Assembly: GCA_049967655.1 (NCBI GenBank)
Contig: JBMFSH010000047.1
Span: 1-17,230, forward strand
DNA length: 17,230 bases
Direction of reading: 5' to 3'
Source of the DNA: Acidobacteriota bacterium
GTDB taxonomy: Bacteria; Acidobacteriota; UBA4820; DSQY01
Below are positions 10,339-17,122 of this stretch, one piece after another. A program made the translations under genes and the position numbers. The notes under the pieces are model-generated. The model did no database searches. It worked only from the letters and a program-made list of their open reading frames with translations, and was not told the origin of the DNA. Every line of letters starts with the position of its first letter. Within the stretch, counting starts at the first letter, position 1.

Positions 10339-11558
10339 CGAAGCAACTCGGGCAAGGGCTTCTTGAGCATCTTGCGCACCGGAACCAGCGCCATACTGGC
10401 TCCCACGGCGGCCCAGGTGATGAAGGTTATAAGAACATCATTAAGGGAAATGCCAATAAAGAGCTTCCAATCTATTGAGTAATCCGTGTTATGGTTGGCG
10501 AAATGGGCCCGCACGACCCAGGCCGTTACCCAGCTTGCGAGGACACCAAGAACGATGCTCGCCGTCAGCAAGATGGCGACCTCTACGGCATAGGCTTGAA
10601 GAACTTGCTCTCGGGTTGCCCCAAGGGCGCGCTGAATGCCTATTTCCCCTTTTCGCTGTTGCGCCAGGAGCGCAAAGAGATACCAGCCGATGGACAGCGC
10701 CAGCAAAGCTGACACTACCGTAACCAGCCAGGCTGCGAGACGCATCGGGAGGGTAACCTGTGAAAAATAGGCGCGCCTGTCTTTCGAAGACACTACTAGA
10801 AAGGGATTGCGGCTCGCAGCCGCTAGACCACGGTTTTTTCGAAGCGCCATCACCGCCTTTCCAGCTGCTTCCTCCAATGGCACATCCCGGGGAACAGAAA
10901 TCAAAATACCGCCTAGCTCACTGGATCGTTTAAACCGTGCCTGCAAAGTGGAGTAAGGGATGGTGAGCACAGCAATCCGCGTTCTGCCGAGAACTGTTCT
11001 AAGGGAGGGAAGGACATCGTCCGTACCGATTATGGTGAAGGTGAGGCCATTAAGTGTAATGGCCTTGCCTAGCGCCGTGCGAGGATCCGCAGAGAGAAGC
11101 TTGAGTAGGGCCGGGTTGGCGACCCCTACCAGCCTCGCGTCACGTTCATCTTCTTCCGAAATCCACCTTCCTGACTCCAGAACATTTGAGGGATCCATCT
11201 GGGGGTAGACGCTGGCGAAGACGCCGCACTTTTGGGGACCTCCATCTAGAGCGGTCACCGCCCCGGAAAGGGGATATGCGTTTACTCTTGCGCGCCCTGA
11301 TAGAGCCTGCTCTACCGCGTGAAGATCCTTAAGTGTAAGCGCCTTCCCACTGGCGAGGTCCGGGTAGATTCCAACACTATGTGGGCCACCGTCCATGATG
11401 TTCATTGCAGCGATCGCCCGACCGAGACTGCTTTGTATGGACAGAACAAAACCAAAGGATCCGACAGCCACTGACAGCACTACTCCCATCAGCATGTACC
11501 GGCTAGCATGACCTGCCAGACTGTTTCCGGCCCTCTGTAAGCTAGGAAGCCACTTCAT
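10335..11558 (-). CDS. ABC transporter permease, MacB/FtsX family (divergent, no adjacent ATPase)
   Basis: Start reassigned to ATG 11558 (MKWLPSL.., 407 aa; AAGAGGG upstream). TM helix, periplasmic domain (SGRWISEEDE, LGKAITLNGLTFTIIG), motif QRKGEIGIQRALGATREQV, terminal TM helices. Confidence 0.88.
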   Translation of the reverse strand: MKWLPSLQRAGNSLAGHASRYMLMGVVLSVAVGSFGFVLSIQSSLGRAIAAMNIMDGGPHSVGIYPDLASGKALTLKDLHAVEQALSGRARVNAYPLSGAVTALDGGPQKCGVFASVYPQMDPSNVLESGRWISEEDERDARLVGVANPALLKLLSADPRTALGKAITLNGLTFTIIGTDDVLPSLRTVLGRTRIAVLTIPYSTLQARFKRSSELGGILISVPRDVPLEEAAGKAVMALRKNRGLAAASRNPFLVVSSKDRRAYFSQVTLPMRLAAWLVTVVSALLALSIGWYLFALLAQQRKGEIGIQRALGATREQVLQAYAVEVAILLTASIVLGVLASWVTAWVVRAHFANHNTDYSIDWKLFIGISLNDVLITFITWAAVGASMALVPVRKMLKKPLPELLR

Positions 11559-11600
11559 GGGATTCAGCCCTCTTGAACCTGTGGGATGTTCTTGCGTTCT

Positions 11601-11633
11601 CTCGGTGTACCGGCATGGTGCCGGTACACCGAG
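11601..11633. terminator. Perfect 15-bp stem-loop just downstream of lanA (attenuator or mRNA-stabilising hairpin)
   Basis: CTCGGTGTACCGGCA-TGG-TGCCGGTACACCGAG, 14 nt after the lanA stop. No U-tract follows on the lanA strand, so it is not a canonical intrinsic terminator in that direction. Confidence 0.7.
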
Positions 11634-11647
11634 CTTTGTTCCATGGT

Positions 11648-11872
11648 TCAGCAGGCCCCCGCGGCGCTGCAGAGGTGCTGGCAGCTCGTCTCCGCAGAAC
11701 ACGTACAACAATTACTAATCTGAGTGTCACCTGGTCCTACAATAATCGTGGTGGGCCAGCCGAAACCTCCCCCCCTGATCTGGCCGAGGTCCTCTCCCGT
11801 CAGATTGTGGATCGTTTCCTTGCTCAGTACCAGCTTCTTGACCTTGAGCCCCTTCTTTTCCATCTTCTGCAT
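11648..11872 (-). CDS. lanA: Class I lanthipeptide precursor peptide (74 aa; 35-aa leader, 39-aa core)
   Basis: 3' part of ORF 11648-12202: MQKMEKKGLKVKKLVLSKETIHNLTGEDLGQIRGG/GFGWPTTIIVGPGDTQISNCCTCSAETSCQHLCSAAGAC. LxLxKx5L leader motif, double-Gly site, core with 6 Cys and 9 Ser/Thr. Alternative start at 11863. Confidence 0.92.
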   Translation of the reverse strand: MQKMEKKGLKVKKLVLSKETIHNLTGEDLGQIRGGGFGWPTTIIVGPGDTQISNCCTCSAETSCQHLCSAAGAC

Positions 11873-11927
11873 GGTGCCTGCTGTGAGGATCCCTTTGCCG
11901 GCCCCCTGTGGGCCAGCTCCGACCGGA

Positions 11928-11961
11928 AGATTACCCCCCCCCCCCCCCCATCTTTTGTCAA
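11928..11961 (-). promoter_or_regulatory. Sigma70-type promoter of the lan operon with a poly-G spacer
   Basis: Minus strand reads TTGACA(11961-11956) AAAGAT G16(11949-11934) TAATCT(11933-11928); spacer 22 nt; 55 nt upstream of the lanA ATG. Confidence 0.7.
11934..11949. repeat. C16/G16 homopolymer tract
   Basis: 16 consecutive C on the plus strand, by far the longest homopolymer in the window. Confidence 0.95.
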
Positions 11962-12264
11962 GAAATGCGGGCTGTTTGGTCCCCTGCCGGGTTTTCTGCT
12001 GGGCCATTTCCCCCTTCAGCCATGGATACGCCGGACCCACACTTCGCACCCGGTAGCCCGGTTCTGCACCCCAAGCCCACCGCTTCTTGGCCGCCTGATC
12101 GCCATCGCATGCGCCATCTTGGGCAAATTTGTCCTGTCTCCCTCCTCTCCCTGAGAACCCAGGGCACGGGGGTCCCCGGTCACCATGCGCGAATTGCCTC
12201 ACAGCCTAGCCCTGGATTCTGTTCCGGTCCTGGAACACCTCGCCGTGGCCCGGGTTGCCGGGAC

Positions 12265-12621
12265 TTGTACATTCTGGCGCCGCCCAACCAAAGCTGACAC
12301 AAGAAAGGCTGATGTGCATTACCATTGCCCTCCCCTCTCGGGACGAGCAGGAAGTCAGCATGAAGTGGCTGAGGAAAGAGGACGTCGGCACTTCGTGATG
12401 GGATCGAAAAGGAAAAGCGCCAAGTTGCCCTCCTCCGCGAATACCGCATGCGCCTGGTGGCGGACGTGGTGACGGGCAAGGTGGACGTTCGCGAGGCCGC
12501 GGCCAACCTCCCCGCCGAACCCGAGGCCGAGAACGAAACCATCGAGCCCAACGAGGACCTCGACCTCCCCCAGGCCGCCGAGGAGGAGGGGAGCTATGGT
12601 GGGGGCAAAGAAAAGGATTAG
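12265..12621 (+). pseudogene. hsdS: 3' remnant of a type I restriction-modification specificity subunit
   Basis: Not in the ORF track. From 12273: SGAAQPKLTQERLMCITIALPSRDEQEVSMKWLRKE; frameshift near 12380; then TSALRDGIEKEKRQVALLREYRMRLVADVVTGKVDVREAAANLP plus an acidic tail, TAG at 12619-12621. These are typical HsdS C-terminal motifs (LPxxxEQ, LLxEYRxxLxxDVVTGK). No start codon or 5' part. Confidence 0.85.
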
Positions 12622-12640
12622 TGCCTTTGATCTTAAGCGC

Positions 12641-12669
12641 TTGCACGATTCGCGAATCGCGAATATATT
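12641..12669 (+). promoter_or_regulatory. Sigma70-type promoter with a 14-bp palindrome in the spacer; predicted leaderless transcript
   Basis: TTGCAC(12641-12646)-N17-TATATT(12664-12669); ATG starts at 12676; perfect palindrome CGATTCGCGAATCG at 12646-12659; no Shine-Dalgarno sequence. Confidence 0.75.
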
Positions 12670-12675
12670 TGAGCC

Positions 12676-13179
12676 ATGGTACTGAAACCGCAGGACCTCG
12701 TCATCGCGTTGAAGCTCTCCCACATGGGCTCAGGGGCCTGGACTTACGAGAGCCTCGCCAAGGATCTCGCCATGAGCCCGTCGGAAGCCCACAGCGGCGT
12801 GAAGCGGCTCATGCAGGCCAAGCTCCTCACCCCGAACCGAACCGTCATCCGGGAGTCCCTTCGGGAGTTCCTCGTCCACGGCGTGCGCTACGCCTTCCCT
12901 CCTACCTTGGGGGGGAGGTCCCGTGGCGTGCCGACGGCGCATGGCGCGCAGCCCTTGGCGGCCCAGATCCAGGCCTCCGGCGAGGACCTGCCCGTCTGGC
13001 CCTACCCGGAGGGCACCGTCCGAGGGCAGAGTTTCTCGCCTCTCTACCGGTCCGTCCCTGCGGTGGCCCTCAAGGACCCGCCTCTCTACGAACTCCTGGC
13101 TCTCACGGACGCCGTGCGGGGCGGGCGGGCCCGTGAGCGCGAGCTGGCGGCCAAGATGCTCAGCGAGCGCCTGAGATGA
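12676..13179 (+). CDS. HTH-domain protein, putative antitoxin/autoregulator of an AbiE-like (type IV TA) pair
   Basis: 167 aa; HTH-like segment WTYESLAKDLAMSPSEAHSGVKRL; conserved-looking blocks EFLVHGVRYAFP, RGVPTAH, PVWP, PLYRSVP, GRARERELA. Stop overlaps the next start (ATGA). Confidence 0.7.
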   Translation: MVLKPQDLVIALKLSHMGSGAWTYESLAKDLAMSPSEAHSGVKRLMQAKLLTPNRTVIRESLREFLVHGVRYAFPPTLGGRSRGVPTAHGAQPLAAQIQASGEDLPVWPYPEGTVRGQSFSPLYRSVPAVALKDPPLYELLALTDAVRGGRARERELAAKMLSERLR

Positions 13180-13880
13180 GGCTCTCCGAGGGGGAATTGG
13201 AACGCCTCACGACCGTGGCACGGCAGCTAGAGCCACTACACACCAAGAGCGTCTTTCTGGGCGGGGCCATCGTGGGGCTCCTCGTCACGGACCCGGCAGG
13301 GGCCGAGGTCAGGCCGACCAAGGACGTGGATGTGGTGGTCGAAGTTGCGACCTACTTCGAGTACACGGAGATCGAGGCACGGCTGTGGGACTTGGGATTC
13401 CTCCTCGACCAGGAGGAGGGCGCCCCCCTCTGCCGGTGGCTCGTGGAGGGGATCAAGGTGGATATCATGCCGCCCGATACCAGCGTGATCGGCTTCTCCA
13501 ACCCCTGGTACCCGGAGGCCGTCCGGACCGCCCAGCCCTTCCAGTTGGGAATAGGGCTCAGCATCCACCTGATCAACGCGCCATGCTTTCTCGCCACGAA
13601 GCTGGCGGCTTTCAGCTCGCGGGGACGGGGAGATTACCTGCGGAGTCCTGACATCGAGGATGTCGTGATCGTGTTGGACGGGAGGCCCGAGATGGGAGAC
13701 GAGATCGCGAGCAGTCCGTCGGCCCTGCGTGAGTTTCTCGCATCGGAGAGCAGGGCCCTCCTGGAGACCCCGGCCCTTCTGAGGGCGCTCGTTGGGCACC
13801 TCGACCCTGACGAGGCCAGCCAAGCGCGGGAGGGGCTGATCCTCCGCCGGCTCCGGCACATTGCCGACATGAAAGGGTGA
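13176..13880 (+). CDS. Pol-beta-superfamily nucleotidyltransferase, AbiEii-like putative toxin
   Basis: 234 aa; VFLGGA, RPTKDVDV (DxD), VDIMP, ATKLAAF..RG and DIEDV motifs. Confidence 0.72.
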   Translation: MRLSEGELERLTTVARQLEPLHTKSVFLGGAIVGLLVTDPAGAEVRPTKDVDVVVEVATYFEYTEIEARLWDLGFLLDQEEGAPLCRWLVEGIKVDIMPPDTSVIGFSNPWYPEAVRTAQPFQLGIGLSIHLINAPCFLATKLAAFSSRGRGDYLRSPDIEDVVIVLDGRPEMGDEIASSPSALREFLASESRALLETPALLRALVGHLDPDEASQAREGLILRRLRHIADMKG

Positions 13881-13884
13881 CGCC

Positions 13885-14175
13885 ATGCCCACCGACACGA
13901 GCGAGAAGGGTCTGGAGAGCCTGATCGTCGCCTCGCTGACGGGGCGGAGCGGGCAGGAGGTCTTTGAGGGGACGCCTACCAGCGAGCACCCGCCGGCCTA
14001 CGACAACGGCTGGTACGTTCAGGGCGATCCCAGAGACTTCGACCGCGACCACGCGGTGGACCTCACCAAGCTCCTGGCCTTCCTCCAGGCCACCCAGCCC
14101 GAGGTGGTCCAGACCCTCGGGCTTGAACAGGACGGGCCCAAGCGGTAGCAGTTCCTGGCGCGCCTCCAAGGCGAG
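13885..14175 (+). pseudogene. hsdR: 5' remnant of a type I restriction endonuclease subunit R
   Basis: MPTDTSEKGLESLI..GWYVQGDPRDFDRDHAVDL..LLAFLQATQP..DGPKR*QFLARLQGE resembles an HsdR N-terminus; in-frame TAG at 14146-14148; similarity ends at about 14175. Confidence 0.78.
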
Positions 14176-14872
14176 GAGGTCCTCTCCCGCGCGGGCCGGT
14201 TTCCGGTCCTGAACGGCGAGCGAGAGAACTCCAAGGATCCCTCGCCGCTGAAGGTGAAGGAGGTCTGGGTGGAGTAGCGCCCCTACGCGGTCTGCCTGAA
14301 CCAGGAGCAGGCACGCAAGGACGCTCACGACCGACGCCGCGAAGGTCGCGGCCGAAGCCCGGTACGACGGCAAGTGGGTCCTGCGCACCAACACGGACCT
14401 GCCCGCCGCCGAGGTGGCCCTCCAGTACAAGCGGCTCTGGATGGTGGAGCCCCTCTTCCGGTCCGTGAAGTCGGTGCCTTCCACGCGGCCGATCTACCAC
14501 AAGTGCGACGAGACCATCGGCGGCCACGTCTTCTGCTCCTTCCTGGCCCTCATCTTGGTGAAGGCCATGGAAGACCGCCTCCGGGGCCGGGACCAGGAGC
14601 TGGAATGGGCGCGCTTCATCCGTGACTTGGACCAGATGAAAGAGGTGGAGCCCGATCAGAATGGCAAGCGCTTCATCCTCCGGATAGGCGAGACGGGGTG
14701 CTGTGGGAGGGTATTCAAGGCCGCCGGAGTGGCCGTCCCGCCTATGTTACGCAGGGCATAGCCCTGGAAGCCCTGCCCACACTCCGTTAGAAGGCGTAGT
14801 GCCAAGCCCTTTTTGTGCGCTCGTAACCACTTGAAGGATAAGCGCTTGCCAAACGCAACCGTAGAAGATGGG
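14173..14872 (+). mobile_element. Degenerate IS1634-family element (3' part of transposase plus probable right end)
   Basis: EEVLSRAGRF..SKDPSPLKVKEVWVE*RPYAVCLNQEQARKDAHDR, frame change near 14332, then EARYDGKWVLRTNTDL..EVALQYKRLWMVEPLFRSVKS..TRPIYHKCDETIGGHVFCSFLAL, stop at 14761. The right end near GAAGATGGG (14872) is tentative. Confidence 0.78.
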
Positions 14873-15012
14873 CATGAGTCAAGACCCGACGTAGCAGAAT
14901 GCCGCTGTACAGGGACGCCTTAGATTGATCTCTTGAGTGACACGAATCTTTACGATCTCGGTGGGAGAGGGCCGATTTCGTATTCTGGGGCGAGAGGTCT
15001 CAGGAGAGCGAG

Positions 15013-16281
15013 ATGGGCCGGGTGAGCCGGAAGGAGATCGTAGCGATGGGCGTGCTGGTGGAGCGAGGCGAGACGAAGGTGGCGGTGGCGGCGCGTCTTG
15101 GGGTGAGCGAAGGGACGGTGCGGTACCACCTGAAGCGGGAAGCGGAAGGGGCGGTGGACGGCCGGAGGGGCAAGCGGATGAAGGCGGAGGCTGTGGCGGA
15201 AGTGGTGAAGGGGTTCATGGAGCGGACGGCCAGCCGGCCGAAGAGGCGGAATCTTCGGGTTCTTCACGAGGAGCTGGTGGAGCTGGGCTATGAAGGGAGT
15301 TACCGGTCGGTGGTGCGGTATGTGAGGAAGCGGTACGGGGGGGCGCCGGTCCGGCCGTTCCGGAGGGTGGAGACACCGCCTGGGGTGCAGGGGCAGGCGG
15401 ACTGGCACGAGGAGCGTGTGTACCTTGAGGACCATGGGGGTGAAGTGGCGGTGCACGGGTTTGACCTGAAGCTGTCGTACAGCCGGGGCCGGGCGGTGGT
15501 CTGGTCGCTCTCAGAGAAGCAAGCGGCCTTCCAGGAGTGTCACAACGGGGCGTTCGAGCGGCTGGGGGGTATTCCGGCGGTGGTGCGGGTGGACAACCTG
15601 AAGACGGCGGTGGCGTCGGGGGCTGGGCCGGCGGCGGTGATCACGGAGGCGTATGGGGCGTACGCGAGAGAGATGGGCTTTCTCGTGGATCCGTGCCGGG
15701 TGCGAACGCCGAGGGACAAGGGGAAGGTGGAGCGGGAGGTGCGGTCTGTTCGAGCGGCGCTGGACGTGAAGGGCCGGCGGTTTCGGGATCTTCGGGACCT
15801 TCAGGCGTGGACGGACCGGAAGGTGGTGGCGGGGATGAGGCGGGCCGTGTGTCCCGTGACGGGGAAGAGCGTGTGGGAGAGCCTGCTGGAGGAGAGGAAG
15901 GTTCTGCGGCCGCTGCCTGGGGTGCTGCCGGAGAGCTTCGATGCGTGTGTCGTCCAGAAGGTTTCGAAGGACTGTCTGGTGTGTTTTGAAGGGCGGCAGT
16001 ACAGCGTGCCGTTCGTGCATGCGCTCACGCGGGTGGAGGTGCGGGGGTATCCGGCGCAGGTGCGGATCTACGCGCAAGGCCGCTTGGTGGCCGAGCACCC
16101 GCGGGGCACGCCGGGGCGGCTCGTGATCGATCCGGCGCACTACGACGGGACGGGCACGGAGGGGGTGATCCCTCCGGTTCCCCTGGGCAAGATGGGCCGG
16201 GCGATGCAGGAGCTGTGGAGCTCACCCGTGCAGGTGCATGCGATGGAAGCCTACGCGAGGCTGAGCGAGGTGGCGCGGTGA
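15013..16281 (+). CDS. istA: IS21-family DDE transposase
   Basis: 422 aa; N-terminal HTH, ETPPGVQGQADW, VRVDNLKTAV, DKGKVERE, YSVP; GGAGA upstream of the ATG. Confidence 0.95.
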   Translation: MGRVSRKEIVAMGVLVERGETKVAVAARLGVSEGTVRYHLKREAEGAVDGRRGKRMKAEAVAEVVKGFMERTASRPKRRNLRVLHEELVELGYEGSYRSVVRYVRKRYGGAPVRPFRRVETPPGVQGQADWHEERVYLEDHGGEVAVHGFDLKLSYSRGRAVVWSLSEKQAAFQECHNGAFERLGGIPAVVRVDNLKTAVASGAGPAAVITEAYGAYAREMGFLVDPCRVRTPRDKGKVEREVRSVRAALDVKGRRFRDLRDLQAWTDRKVVAGMRRAVCPVTGKSVWESLLEERKVLRPLPGVLPESFDACVVQKVSKDCLVCFEGRQYSVPFVHALTRVEVRGYPAQVRIYAQGRLVAEHPRGTPGRLVIDPAHYDGTGTEGVIPPVPLGKMGRAMQELWSSPVQVHAMEAYARLSEVAR

Positions 16282-17045
16282 GCGGCGGGACGCTGGACCT
16301 GGACGCGACGCGCTCCCATCTCACGAAGCTGGGGTTCAGCCACGTGGTGCCGATGCTGGGCGACCTCGTGGAAGAGGGTGTCCGCCAGAAGAAGACGCCG
16401 CACGAAGTGCTGTACGACGTCCTGAACGCGGAGCTCGTCTTCCGGGAGGAGCGGCGGGTGGGGACGAGCCTGAAGCTCTCCGGCTTGCCGCCGGGCAAGA
16501 CGCTGGAGGCCTTCGACTTTGCCTTCCAGCCCGGGGTGGAGCGGGCGCGGGTGCTCACGCTGGCCACGTGCGAGTATCTGTCCAAAAAGGAGAACGTGAT
16601 CCTCCTGGGGCCGCCCGGGGTGGGCAAGACGCACCTGGCGGCGGCGCTTGGGGCAAAGGCGGTTCTGAACGGTTTCTGCGTGGCCTTCATGCACCTGGAC
16701 GAGCTGATCCACGCGCTCAAGCGGGACGCGGAGGTCCTCCCCAACCGGCTCAACGGCAAGAAGTACCTGAAGAGCGCGCTGCTCATCATCGACGAGGTGG
16801 GCTTCACGCCGCTGGACCGGCGGGAGTCGAACCTGTTCTTCCGCCTGATCAGCCACCGGTACGAACGGGCCAGCACGGTCCTGACCAGCAACAAGGGGAT
16901 CGCCGACTGGCCGGAGGTCTTCGCGGGCGACGAGGTGATCACAACGGCGATCTTGGACCGGCTGCTGCACCACGCCCACGTCTTCAACATCAAAGGCCGC
17001 AGCTACCGCATGAAGAGCATCGGAGAAAGGATGCAAAGAGAGTAG
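16278..17045 (+). CDS. istB: IS21-family helper AAA+ ATPase
   Basis: Start reassigned to GTG 16278 (255 aa); KTLEAFDF, Walker A GPPGVGKTHLA, Walker B LIIDEVG, RYERASTVLTSN, AILDRLLHH, GRSYR. Confidence 0.95.
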   Translation: MSGGTLDLDATRSHLTKLGFSHVVPMLGDLVEEGVRQKKTPHEVLYDVLNAELVFREERRVGTSLKLSGLPPGKTLEAFDFAFQPGVERARVLTLATCEYLSKKENVILLGPPGVGKTHLAAALGAKAVLNGFCVAFMHLDELIHALKRDAEVLPNRLNGKKYLKSALLIIDEVGFTPLDRRESNLFFRLISHRYERASTVLTSNKGIADWPEVFAGDEVITTAILDRLLHHAHVFNIKGRSYRMKSIGERMQRE

Positions 17046-17071
17046 GAACCGAAACCCGCCCGCACCGGGCG

Positions 17072-17122
17072 GTCCGGCTGGGAGGGCCTACGGCCTACGG
17101 CCTTCGCCCCTCCCAGCCGGAC
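17072..17122. repeat. GC-rich inverted repeat (15-bp arms) downstream of istB
   Basis: GTCCGGCTGGGAGGG (17072-17086) pairs with CCCTCCCAGCCGGAC (17108-17122); the interior holds tandem GGCCTAC units. Confidence 0.75.

Noticed and set aside
11559..11711. Upstream extension of the permease ORF to 11711
   Set aside because: It overlaps lanA and the hairpin; ATG 11558 has an RBS and gives a normal family length.
11726..11767. Lasso-peptide reading of the core N-terminus (Gly1 with a downstream Asp)
   Set aside because: The Asp is at position 14 rather than 7-9, and no lasso cyclase or B protein is present.
11769..11775. G7 run encoding the double-Gly site of lanA as a third slippage switch
   Set aside because: It is in frame and explained by Arg-Gly-Gly codons; similar G7 runs occur in unrelated genes in the window.
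11873..12202. 110-codon N-terminal extension of the precursor ORF, including a Gly run
   Set aside because: It reads through the predicted promoter and the G16 tract and has no protein-like features; the leader motif begins only after Met 11872.
12180..17036. Minus-strand ORFs 12206-12646, 12355-12723, 13236-13898, 13612-14484, 16025-16993, 16251-17036
   Set aside because: Antisense shadows of the hsdS remnant, NTase, hsdR/IS1634 remnant and istAB.
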